A stretch of DNA of 64,000 nucleotides. It comes from Paramoeba atlantica. Lineage: Eukaryota > Protista > Discosea. Position numbers and translations under genes: made by a program. Shown here one piece after another: positions 1-9,546 of this stretch. The stretch is from the NCBI GenBank assembly GCA_977017575.1, contig CDRNVI010000056.1, forward strand, positions 310,001 to 374,000. The letters run 5' to 3'. How positions within the stretch are numbered: the stretch's first letter is position 1; the number at the start of each line of letters is the position of its first letter. Below the pieces are notes generated by a model. That model did not search any database. It saw only the letters and a program-made list of their open reading frames with translations, and had not been told where the DNA came from.

Positions 1-666
1 AGAAGCTCAAAGGGTTAGCTCAGAAACCGTCCAAACCATGAATCGTCCTCGGAAACACTGTGGCCAAATACCTAAGCCATTAGGGAAAAGACGGGATTAC
101 TTCAAGATTGCAGAAGGTGATCCTCTCTCCAAAAAGGGCACCTCGCCACCTGTAGAGACTGGAGTGGATTCTCCTGAAAAGAAAGAGTGCTTGCCTGAGG
201 AATGTGATGCCAAAAATACAAAGTTGCATGAAAGACGTACCACGCCCGGTTCAGCGGACAAGGAGCATGAAAGGGCGAATTCACCTGAGAGAAAGACGTC
301 GAAGCGACGACAAAAACGGATGTGTTCTTAACCGATGCAAATCGGTCTTATAGGATAGGATAGGACAATCCTGCGGAAGTGGCAGACATAGGTTCTCAGT
401 GCGCGACCCGCGCGCTCCAGCGCGCGGGTCGCCAAAAAATATAATTCTGTCCCAGGGCTACGCTCACAGTTGGTCCTTGCTCGCGAGACCACGTGAGATC
501 ATGTGAGACCTCTCCAGAGCGGATTTGGCTCGGGAGGGTTGTTGAATGACCAAAACGAGGTCACGCGAGATCGTACTCGCAACCCCTCAATAGTTGGGGG
601 CTGATTTTGAGGAGCTGCGGGTGAAGTCTCGCCACCACGTTCAGCTAAACCAAAGAAGTGCAAAAA

Positions 667-740
667 TGCTCCCGGCAGGGATCGAACCTGCGACCTTGGG
701 CTTATTAGACCCACGCTCTAACCATCTGAGCTACGAGAGC
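667..740 (-). tRNA. tRNA-Ile(AAT)
   Basis: Reverse complement GCTCTCG...CGGGAGCA folds as a cloverleaf; anticodon loop CT-AAT-AA; T-loop GTTCGAT. Confidence 0.95.
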
Positions 741-823
741 ACACTTCGTGTTCGGTGATCTTCTAGGACAACTGAAATTAATGTCACGGATTGCATATCT
801 GTCCGCTCGACTCACGGTGTATT

Positions 824-895
824 GGTCGCGTGGCTCAATGGTAGAGCGTCTGACTACGGATCAGGCGGTTGCAGGTTCGATCCCTGTCGCGATCA
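824..895 (+). tRNA. tRNA-Arg(ACG)
   Basis: Acceptor stem GGTCGCG/CGCGATC; anticodon loop CT-ACG-GA; GTTCGAT; followed by TTTT. Confidence 0.95.
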
Positions 896-920
896 TTTTG
901 TCGACGTGAGTTCGACAAAA

Positions 921-992
921 AGGACGCACCCGGGTTTGAACCAGGGACCTCTCGATCTGCAGTCGAATGCTCTACCACTGAGCTATGCGTCC
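921..992 (-). tRNA. tRNA-Cys(GCA)
   Basis: Cloverleaf GGACGCA/TGCGTCC; anticodon loop CT-GCA-GA; T-loop GTTCAAA. Confidence 0.95.
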
Positions 993-1085
993 ACGAGCCC
1001 GGCTCCTGAGGAAATTTTATTTTGACGCACACGGATCTTTTTGCCTAGCGGCGCACAGCTTGGATGCCGTACCTCGCGTGCGTTC

Positions 1086-1233
1086 ATACCTTCTCGGCCG
1101 TAAGGCTAAGATCAAGTGTAATTTCTGTTCTTGTCAGCTTAGTATCTGATATCAGCCTCCGGGCTGAAGATCTAGCTAATCTCCTGCGGCGGTCAGGTTC
1201 CCGATTTGCATTGCTCGGGATCTTGGCCGCTGC
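1086..1233 (+). ncRNA. U2: U2 snRNA (kinetoplastid type, ~148 nt)
   Basis: 5' ATACCTTCTCGGCC..GGCTAAGATCAAGTGT..TCTGTTCTT.TCAG..TA.TATCTGATA matches U2 stems I and IIa. The 3' hairpin has a TTTGCA loop (stem IV) and no stem III is apparent. Divergent tRNA-Cys lies ~94 bp upstream. The 3' end is approximate. Confidence 0.93.
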
Positions 1234-1309
1234 TCTGCGTTACTACCGCATACCTCCCCTCAGTAAGAGAATGGGTTTTAGGTCGGAAATCCACGCCGAG
1301 GGGCTGGCG

Positions 1310-1490
1310 TTAGCACATTTATAATGCATATTAACTGCACGTTTATAATGCATACTAAGCGGCACATTCAAATGCATATAGCACTTTCACATGCATAACA
1401 GCACATTCATATGCATAAATCCGGCACATTCACATGCATATAGCACATTCACATGCATAACAGCGCATTCACATGCATAAAATTTTAGGC
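1310..1490. repeat. ~20-bp minisatellite (ATGCATATAGCACATTCAC/TGATA family)
   Basis: Degenerate tandem units; the same family occurs at 47345-47610 and 53178-53400. Confidence 0.85.
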
Positions 1491-1616
1491 ACGGATTTCA
1501 ACTTTTTTGAAAAGTTGGTGCGGGGTGCTATGGAAGCTCACGTTTGCTCCCGGTGAGGCCCCGGAGTTGCGAGAGGCCTCCATACCCCACAACTACCACC
1601 TTCCCCCCCTATTTAG
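1490..1616 (+). repeat. Dispersed hairpin repeat family D (5' part, split by Merlin element A)
   Basis: TTTGCTCCCGGTGAGGCCCCGGAGTTGCGAGAGGCC...CAACTACCACCTTCCCCCCCTATTTAG. Other copies at ~1800-2050(-), 35790-36040, 36110-36340 and 47650-47800. Confidence 0.85.
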
Positions 1617-2821
1617 GGTGGAAGTATAGGAATATTGCATAAGTATAGGAATATTGCATAAGTATAGGAATATTGCACAAGTATAGGAATATTGCACAAG
1701 TATAGGAATATTGCATAAGTATAGGAATATTGCATAAGTATAGGAATATTGCATAGCCGTCTAATCATGTCACAAAATACTGTGAATTAGTTTAGTATAG
1801 GTTTAGTTTTTGGGTATCACACTTTCACGTGACTCAGTGGCCCGGCCGGCCCCTCCGTGCGTTCGGCCTCTCATTTCCCCCAAAACAACTACCACCTTCC
1901 CCCCATTTATCACCCTAAATAGGGGGGGAAGGTGGTAGTTGTGGGGTATGGAGGCCTCTCGCAACTCCGGGGCCTCACCGGGAGCAAAGGTGAGTTCCCA
2001 TAGCACCCCGCACCAACTTTTGGCAAAAGTTGAAATCGGTGCCTAAAACTTTATGCATGTGAATGTGCTGTACCGAAGTATAGGAATATTGCATAAGTAT
2101 AGGAATATTGCATAAGTATAGGAATATTGCATAAGTATAGGAATATTGCAGAAGTATAGGAATATTGCATAAGTATAGGAATATTGCAGAGCCCCTCTAA
2201 TTTTTTTTTAACTTTTGAAAAATTTCTCCTGGCAAGATCCCACCTGTATTGGATCTTACAAATCCTTTTCCTTGTAGATGAGACTCCAAAGTATATACGC
2301 ACATCACATTTTCTAAAAATGGAAAAGTTGCATATAGGGGGTGACCCCGCCAAAGTAGCCAAAAACAGGTGAAAGTGGGCTTTTTTAAGCAAAATCCACG
2401 AAAAGTGGCCATTTTAGGGCATTTTAGAAGGGTCACCCCTAATATGTGAAGTGTTCGTTCGAAGTAAAAGTAGTTCAAAGTGATAGATTAGGGTACGTTA
2501 TAGCGTCCATATGTTCGGTATTCCATTTTCCCGGGGTTACAAGTCTATGAGGCACGTAACAAATAAAAAAAATCGCATATTTTCGAGAAATATACCACCC
2601 TTGACTTTGTAAAAATTTGTTTCAAATTACAAAAAATAGGTGGTTTCCCGACAGTGTAATCGCAGATCTATACAACGGTTATAACTGTCTACCGAAATCA
2701 AGAAACTCATATTAAGGGGTGGGGGGTCAAAAATAGAGTTATGCAATATTCCTATACTTATGCAATATTCCTATACTTATGCAATATTCCTATACTTATG
2801 CAATATTCCTATACTTTGACC
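1617..2821. mobile_element. Non-autonomous Merlin-family element A
   Basis: Ends GGTGGAAGTATAGG... and ...CCTATACTTTGACC; 8-bp TSD CTATTTAG (1609-1616, 2822-2829); 19-bp AGTATAGGAATATTGCATA arrays. At ~1765-1790 it carries the first codons of the Merlin ORF seen at 39126. Confidence 0.85.
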
Positions 2822-2844
2822 CTATTTAGCGGGGGTCGCGCGAG

Positions 2845-5421
2845 GAAGAAAGAGGAAGAAATTTCCCGGTCGCCTGTCTCGCGACAAAGGTGTTTCTGTC
2901 GCGGGATAATCAGCATTTCATTCATCCCGGCATCTAGGCTGTGATCATGGTGTGCATTGAGAGGGTTGGTTGATGCGTTATAATCTTTGTGGATTAGTGC
3001 CTCCTGTATTTTGCCGGTTGTCGAATCCACCAAAGTCTTTCCCGCCTGGCGGTTAACACGCTCCACTGTCTCGGGAAACCATTTCGCCTCGGACGGTGCC
3101 CAGTCATCTTGAGAACCCGCAAAGGCTGCTGAAGAGACATAAGCCGCAGATGAATGTATAACGGAGGATCTTAGGCCAAAACCACCGTGTCTCTTGTCGC
3201 GTTGGATTTGTGCTCGTGCCGGGGCGTCTAGAGGACAGAGTACAAGCTCCGTAGCGCGGAGCACGGCGTTATCAAGCCTCTGACAGAGGTCTACCATGTA
3301 TTTTGGTGGCGTTGTGCGGAGGGAGTAGACTAACTGGCAAAAGCCAGCGCAGTGGCGAATTAGCGTGAGGGCTACCTGTGGGTCTTCTAGTATGCCTATC
3401 GCCTTTAGAGTTGCTTCCGCAGGTTCGATCGCAAACTCACGTAGGTACTCAATACAGAACTCTTCTGACCCTGCTGGGCTACCCAAAATCCTAAAGTTTC
3501 CTTCGTGATTTTTCATTCTGGCTGGGATGGTGGTGAATGAGTCCGTGCAACGCGAGGATACCGGATGAGATATTATCTCGCATTTACTCGCATTAAGATG
3601 GAGCCCCCACTGAGGTCCCGCACATGCTATAGCATCCAACGCCCTCCGTACGCTGTCGGATTTTCCTGCTAAAACATCGTCATCGAGATACCAAAGGTGC
3701 AAGAGGAGTCCGCTGGGCACTTCATTCTCGATCAGTTCAGTAATCTCTCGCAGAACCATGGAGAAAAGGAGGGGCCCTAAAGGAAAGAAAAGGAGGGGCC
3801 CTAAAGGAAAGAAAAGGAGGGGCCCTAAAGGTCCCCCTGTTGAGCTCCTTCGGTGGAGGCAACTGTTTGAGAACCATATGTGAGTGCGCTATCGGTGGCG
3901 TAGCACCAATTTATCCAAGGAGTCAACTCGGGGAAGTGCTTTTCTGATAGGGATATGAACGCCGCCCTGGATACCGTATTGAATGCGTTACGAAGGTCCA
4001 TCTTGCATAAGACAAGTTCTGGGTCATTCTTTGTGGACTCCACCACTTGGCGGCAGAGGTGGATAACCCTTTCGGAGCCAGATGCCGTTGCCACACCATA
4101 TTGACGTCCTTGGAAAAGTGTGCTAGCTTTGGACTTTACAACAGAGCAGGCAGCCTTGCTGACCATGCGGCGCAACGTTTCCCCTGCTGCGATAGGTCTT
4201 TCATTTTGCCCTTTCTGCAATGCACACAATCGAGCCCCTGCGTAATATTGTTGTGCTTCAACTGGAGCCTTACCGGCGAGTAGGTGATTGGCAAGCTTTG
4301 TGAGACTCTCGAGGGGATGAACATCCGTGTCAGTTCCAGCGAATAATGCCGCTCGTATGTGTTCCGCTCGTAGCGCCATGGTTCCACCTGAGGAGCCCCT
4401 GTTAAAGCTTTGGATCGCCTTTCGTACATCATCCTCATTGACAGTTAAGGAAATGATTTCGTTGGAGGACGGTGCGCTTTGGCGTAGTGGACCGAACAGC
4501 CGGCTCGGGTGCTTGGTGACTAGTTTGTTATACATACGTATGTCTCCTCATTGTCGGGTGCCATTGGCGCCGAAGTGAGTGCAGCTATTCCTCGAGAAAC
4601 TTCTCCTTGACGGACCAGTAGTTCGGAGCGAATCGCTTTCTTTTCCTCATCCAGTAGTGTACCTGCTCCGGATCCTTGCTTCCTCTTCTTCTGGTGTTCA
4701 AGTACAGCTTCTTTCCACAGGGCTGAATATTCGTGTGCTTCCCAGCGATCCAGATATTTCCGCACGTGGGAGGCGTTCGAGCTATTTCCCTTTCGTCCTC
4801 TTCTATGCGGGGCTGGCTTTGTTTTTTTTCTTTTTTTTTGTCTTTTTTTTTACATCTTTCCCTCAATTCCCCCCGTGTTTCTAAAACAAGCAACTTAACC
4901 AAGCAACCCTACTTTCCCACTTCCCCTACCCAACTTACCACCTTTCCAGGGAGGGTAGGGACTCCCTGTCTCGCGTTGCGCGAGATAGATCATTGCCTGG
5001 GGGCAAGGCTATCCCCAAACCATTCGCGCGTTCCGGACCGGGTCTTTCGACCTCTCCACGGCCTGACTTGGGACCCTTCCCTTGTTATACGGGAGGGCGC
5101 AGGCGCGGGCCTGTGCCGACAGCGGCACGGTCACGAAACAGGATGCTGGTCGACGGGAAGGGAACAAAGTTCCCAGCCCTTGTCCTACCTCACTTGGAGT
5201 ACCTAGACCTGGCGGACTAGGCGTGAGCGTAGACCCTGTTTTTTTTTTGCAACGAATAAGGGGGGAGAAGTATGAAACGCGGCATTGCCTCTATATTTTT
5301 ACCCAATACTTGAACCCTGTAGGCCCATCGGAATCCAGACCCAATCCATTCGCGCGTTCCGGACCGGGTCTTTCGACCACTCCACGGCCTGACTTGTGAA
5401 CCCTTCCCTTGCTATACGGGA
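2845..5421 (-). mobile_element. Degenerate CRE/SLACS-clade retrotransposon composite (RT fragment plus two A-tailed 3'-UTR pieces)
   Basis: Fragments RPIAAGETLRRMVSK, KMDLRNAFN, QQGD, WYLDDD and GGFGL are homologous to ORF 42168-46160; frameshifted. Flanked by the 21-bp direct repeat ATTTAGCGGGGGTCGCGCGAG (2824-2844, 5422-5442). Confidence 0.9.
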
Positions 5422-5646
5422 ATTTAGCGGGGGTCGCGCGAGCCCAACCGTCTGCAAGGTAAAATAGAAATGGAAAGCCCATTCTAGGAATCGGAAATAT
5501 GCAGTTGAAGGAAAGTTGGTAAAACTCAGAATTGGCAGAATTTATTATGTAGCCCATGCCGCTTTCAAGAGAGTCACATCTTATGCAGAAGAGAAGAACC
5601 CGCCCAGCTTGGAGTTGAGTAGATGTCCAAACATGTTTAAAAATTG

Positions 5647-5735
5647 TATGGAAGAGTGAAATACGCACATGGAAGAGTGAAATACGCACATAAAGAGTTA
5701 AATAGGCACATGGAAGAGTGAAATACGCACATAAA
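5647..5735. repeat. 21-bp tandem repeat GCACATGGAAGAGTGAAATAC
   Basis: 3-4 copies just downstream of the IS30-like ORF. Confidence 0.8.
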
Positions 5736-5773
5736 AAGCGCTAGAGAAAGGGACTGATGGGTCCTTCGGAGAT

Positions 5774-6742
5774 TCAAGAGGACTCCTGGGAACTGTCGAC
5801 CAAAAATTGTGGGCGAGTTTTCCGAAGAATTTCTACGAACTCGCATGGCGATTGTTCTTGGAGCACTTCTTTTGGTCGAGCATTTATATCCAGCGAAACG
5901 GAGTCAAGATCCTTCTGCGAGATGTCACTAAACAAACGTCGTTTCGGGTAGAAATCTCGTACTACGCCGTTGAAATTTTCAACACCCCCCTTCTCCCAAC
6001 TTGCATACGGTTTACAAAAATACGAAGAGCAATTAAGCGACTGATTTACTTTCTCGTGTTTTGCAAACTCGGTTCCGTTATCATATGTTATGGAGTGAAC
6101 CAAGAAACCTTGAAGAGCACTGGTTATGTTTTCAGCGACCAGTGCCGATTTCTTGCATGTGAGCTTCTTTAGTATCCCGAACCGACTCTTTCGCTCAACC
6201 AAGGTGAGGAAGAATCCGCTGTGTCTTGTGCCTTCTAAATTTTTCTTTATAAGGTCACATTCCCAATCGCCGTATCGCTCCCGATTGTTAACAATATTCG
6301 GTCGCTCCTCAATGTCGGTGCGATTCGGAATACCGGTACGGTTGGTTCCCCGACGGCGACGTTGACCACGTCTTCCTCCACGGCGCAGACAACTCTCCAA
6401 GTTCCCATGTTGACCATCATCCCGCTTGATAAACCCGTATATTGACGTTCGGGATGCTTTAATATCATCTTCTTTGCGCAAGACTACTCTAATTTGCTGG
6501 GGGCTAAAGCGCCTGCGTAGGAGAGACACGACTTTGTCTTTAATCTCTCCTTTAATCATGCATGGGCGCGGCTGGCGTTTCAGCATGGACTGCTTCGCTG
6601 CTCGTTCAGCGCGCCTGGCACTGTACGTATCATTTCGAAGTCCGCGTGCGAGTTCCCGGCTCAGAGAGGATTGATTCATATTCAATTTCGCGGCAATTTG
6701 GACTTGGGTGAAATTCTGTTGATTGTAAAGCACCTCAATCAT
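5774..6742 (-). CDS. IS30-family DDE transposase
   Basis: HTH (QIAAKLNMNQSSLSRELARG), FSPQQI, SIYGFI, GDWECD, LVERKSRF, TYDNGTEF, CKPYASWEKGGVENFNG, INARP; DD33E spacing. Termini not identified. Confidence 0.92.
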   Translation of the reverse strand: MIEVLYNQQNFTQVQIAAKLNMNQSSLSRELARGLRNDTYSARRAERAAKQSMLKRQPRPCMIKGEIKDKVVSLLRRRFSPQQIRVVLRKEDDIKASRTSIYGFIKRDDGQHGNLESCLRRGGRRGQRRRRGTNRTGIPNRTDIEERPNIVNNRERYGDWECDLIKKNLEGTRHSGFFLTLVERKSRFGILKKLTCKKSALVAENITSALQGFLVHSITYDNGTEFAKHEKVNQSLNCSSYFCKPYASWEKGGVENFNGVVRDFYPKRRLFSDISQKDLDSVSLDINARPKEVLQEQSPCEFVEILRKTRPQFLVDSSQESS

Positions 6743-6859
6743 GGTGCGGTCCTCTGAATCTATACGTTGACTAAAATAAGTTTAATTTCTTATCTGTGAA
6801 GAGGTCTAAAAACAGCGGGAACGTGCAGATCTCAAAATTTTGAACGAAAAAGTGCTGTG

Positions 6860-7355
6860 GGGGTTTATAATAGTAGCGTAGCTCGCAAAGTAGTTTTTGG
6901 CAATATACTTTTTGAAGAATCTGCATGCCTGTATGAGGGGTGACCCTCGTAAAATGGGCGAAAACGGCGAAAAACGACCATTTTTTACGAATTCGTCCAA
7001 AAATGGTCATTTTTTGCGATTTTCAAGGGGTTACCCCTTATATGAAAACCGCTCATTCAAAGTTTTGTGAGTACACACGAACAGTTTAAGACCTGAAGGA
7101 GGCCCTATGTGATTCCTTTTCAACATTACGCACACTACAGAGATATCGTAAGGTCAACATCGCCGAAAAAAGTGTTGTTTTGGCAAAATGTCATGCACAT
7201 TGTTGCCTCCAAATATTCTCCCCAGGACCCAAACCAGGGGGTAATTCGGTAGTATAATGACAGATCTGTATGATGGTGCTATACATGAGTCGCAATGGAC
7301 TCATGCAGACTTATGCAAAATTCCTTGACTTATGCAAAAGTCATTTACTTTGACC
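6860..7355. mobile_element. Partial copy of Merlin-type element C (right end)
   Basis: Near-identical to 34560-34990; ends in the TTGACTTATGCAAAAGTC repeat and TTTGACC. Confidence 0.75.
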
Positions 7356-7502
7356 TGATTTTTCTTGTAGCAAATAACTTTCTGAGCCACTAGAGAGTGG
7401 TTTTTCATCCAGTCCAGACATTGATTCTCACTCCAGGAAGAAATTCTTGTGATCGTAAGTTTCGAACGGCATAAGAACCCACCGCACCCAGTGCACGTCA
7501 TT
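7356..7502 (-). pseudogene. Merlin transposase N-terminal fragment
   Basis: CTGCGGF...WMKNHSLVAQKVIC aligns with CEGCEEF...WLKNHKLVAQQVWC of ORF 38101-39126. Confidence 0.7.
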
Positions 7503-7529
7503 AAAAGGTGAGAAGGGCAATAAGCAACA

Positions 7530-8248
7530 CATGTACACAACGTATTCCTCACAAAAAATACCAACTCTCCTTCTTTTTTTAACAAACTAAAATCCTTAAA
7601 AACCGTAAAATCACCTAAACAAAACCCTATTCCTCTATTTTTCCCTAATTCTTGCTCTCTCTTTTTTTTCTCCTTTTCTTTACCACCACCTCCCAAAAAC
7701 ACAAAACAAAAACGCCAATCCCCCACTTTCATGTCCATTTCACCCGAAACCTCCCCCAACCACCCCAACCCCCCAACCCCCCACCCCCAACTTCATCCTC
7801 TTCGGTAAATCCTTAAACACAACACAGGTACACAATGTATTCCTCACAAAAAAAACACAACCCTCCTTCCTTTTTATCAAATAAACTAAAATCCTTAAAA
7901 AACATACAAAACCATCTACAAACAAAAATAAAACCCTATTCCTCTATTTTCCCCTAGTTCTTGCTCTCTCCCTTTTCTTCCCCCCATCCCCTACTTTCCC
8001 CAATGTTCACCTCCCCCGAAACCCCCTCCCCCCCCACCCCCTCCCCCACCCCCAACCTCATCCTCTTCGGCAGATCCTCAAACACAAAAAATACCCATCC
8101 TCACAAAAAATCCCAACCCTCCTCCCTTTTTATCAAATAATCTAAAATCTTCAAAAACCACAAAACCTCCTCAACAAAACCCCATTCCTCTATTTTCCCC
8201 TAGTTCTTGCTCTCTCCCTTTTCTTCCCCCCATCCCCTACTTTCCCCA
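7530..8248 (+). repeat. Tandem degenerate duplications of the adenylate kinase upstream region plus first codons
   Basis: ~280-bp units; the two upstream copies end at CTCATCCTCTTCGG (the LILFG codons), and divergence increases with distance from the gene. Confidence 0.8.
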
Positions 8249-9031
8249 ATGCCCACCTCCCCCGAAACCCCCTCCCCCCCCACCCCCGAAACCCCCCCCA
8301 CCCCCAACCTCATCCTCTTCGGCAGCCCCGGCAGCGGCAAAGGCACCCAGGCCGCCCTCCTCACCGCCGCCTACAACCTCTGCCACCTCTCCACCGGCGA
8401 CGCCCTCCGCGAGGCCGTGTCCCGGCAAACCCCCGCGGGGCTCCAGGCCCAGCAAACCATGGCCGCCGGGGGTCTGGTCCCCGACGCCCTGGTCCTTGAC
8501 ATCGTCAGGGAGGCCCTGGCCCACCCCCGGTGCGCCCGCGGGTACATCCTCGACGGCTTCCCCCGGACCCTGGCCCAGGCGAAAAGCCTGGAGGCAATGA
8601 CGCAGGGGAGCGAGCGCACGCAAATCCACCGGGTCGTCTCCATCGAGGTCCCGAAAGGGGTGATCGTGGAGCGCACCGCGGGGCGGTGGGTCCACCCCCC
8701 GAGCGGGCGGTCCTACCACGAGGTGTTCGCGCCCCCGAGGGTGGCGGGGGTGGATAACGAGACCGGGGAGGCGCTGGTGCAGCGGGGGGATGACCGGGCG
8801 GAGGTGGTGGGGAGGAGGGTGGAGCGGTTCGAGCGGGACACCGCCCCCGTGCTGGGGTACTACGCGGGGAAGGGGTTGCTGAGGACGGTGGATGGGGATC
8901 GGGGGATTGGGGAGGTGCATGAGGCGATTGTGGGGCATATGCCGGAGAGGGTGGGGGGGAGGGAGGGGGAGGAGGAGGAGGGGGGGGTGGGGGGTAAAAG
9001 GGGACGGTCATGGTGGAAATTGTGGGGGTGA
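8249..9031 (+). CDS. ADK: Adenylate kinase
   Basis: GSPGSGKGTQA P-loop, HLSTGDALR, LVPD, GYILDGFPRT, LID GRWVHPPSGRSYH, QRGDD. The ATG at 8249 was chosen within ORF 8207-9031. Confidence 0.96.
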   Translation: MPTSPETPSPPTPETPPTPNLILFGSPGSGKGTQAALLTAAYNLCHLSTGDALREAVSRQTPAGLQAQQTMAAGGLVPDALVLDIVREALAHPRCARGYILDGFPRTLAQAKSLEAMTQGSERTQIHRVVSIEVPKGVIVERTAGRWVHPPSGRSYHEVFAPPRVAGVDNETGEALVQRGDDRAEVVGRRVERFERDTAPVLGYYAGKGLLRTVDGDRGIGEVHEAIVGHMPERVGGREGEEEEGGVGGKRGRSWWKLWG

Positions 9032-9546
9032 GGGAGGGGGGGGGGAATGGATGGAAGGGGGTTATTTTTTTGCTTTTCGAGAAGAGGTGAGTGATGAAAA
9101 AAGATGCAGGTGTGGGGGTACAGAGATTTTTTTTCTCGGTAAGATAGAGGAAACGTGAGGAAGAGGGTTTTAAAAGATAAAGATTTGGAGAGGGGGGTAG
9201 AGGAAATGGATAAGGGTGTGTGCTTCACCATTTTCACTATTGTCTTGTGTTTTGCATGAAAATAAGTGTCACAATAAAAGAAGATGCCCAACCATGTGCT
9301 TCGGGTTAGGAAAGTAACGCACAAGAGTATGACATGCCGATTGATTTTGAGAATTTCTAAACGATTGGACCCCACATTCTGTGTTCTTCGAAATTTTTGG
9401 GCACTCGCGTCGTTCACGGACGTCTCACATGGAATATCTGGTGGGTGCGTTGAATACGACGTGGGATTTCTATGAATCATTCATTCCCTTCAACATCCTA
9501 CTCCTCTTTTTTTTCAATACCCCTTTCCTTTCGCCTCCCCTTCCCC

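Noticed and set aside
38-331. Charged 97-aa ORF at the window edge
   Set aside because: No motif, and context is cut by the window boundary; it cannot be supported as a gene.
1617-2821. 19-bp repeat arrays as CRISPR arrays
   Set aside because: The units are contiguous with no unique spacers, there are no cas genes, and they lie inside Merlin ends with TSDs.
5110-5145. Hammerhead ribozyme (GAAAC pairing with CCTGT) in the 3'-UTR module
   Set aside because: No CUGANGA core and the cleavage triplet would be GUG; HDV-like and twister cores were not found by eye either.
5774-6742. The window as bacterial because of IS-like genes
   Set aside because: U2 snRNA, SL relics, tRNAs without encoded CCA, Arf-like GTPase, Snf7 and non-LTR elements all indicate a eukaryote.
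8237-9011. Long Pro/Gly-rich antisense and alternate-frame ORFs over ADK, ARL, BI-1 and Snf7
   Set aside because: Expected shadows of the extreme C/G codon bias; no recognisable domains.
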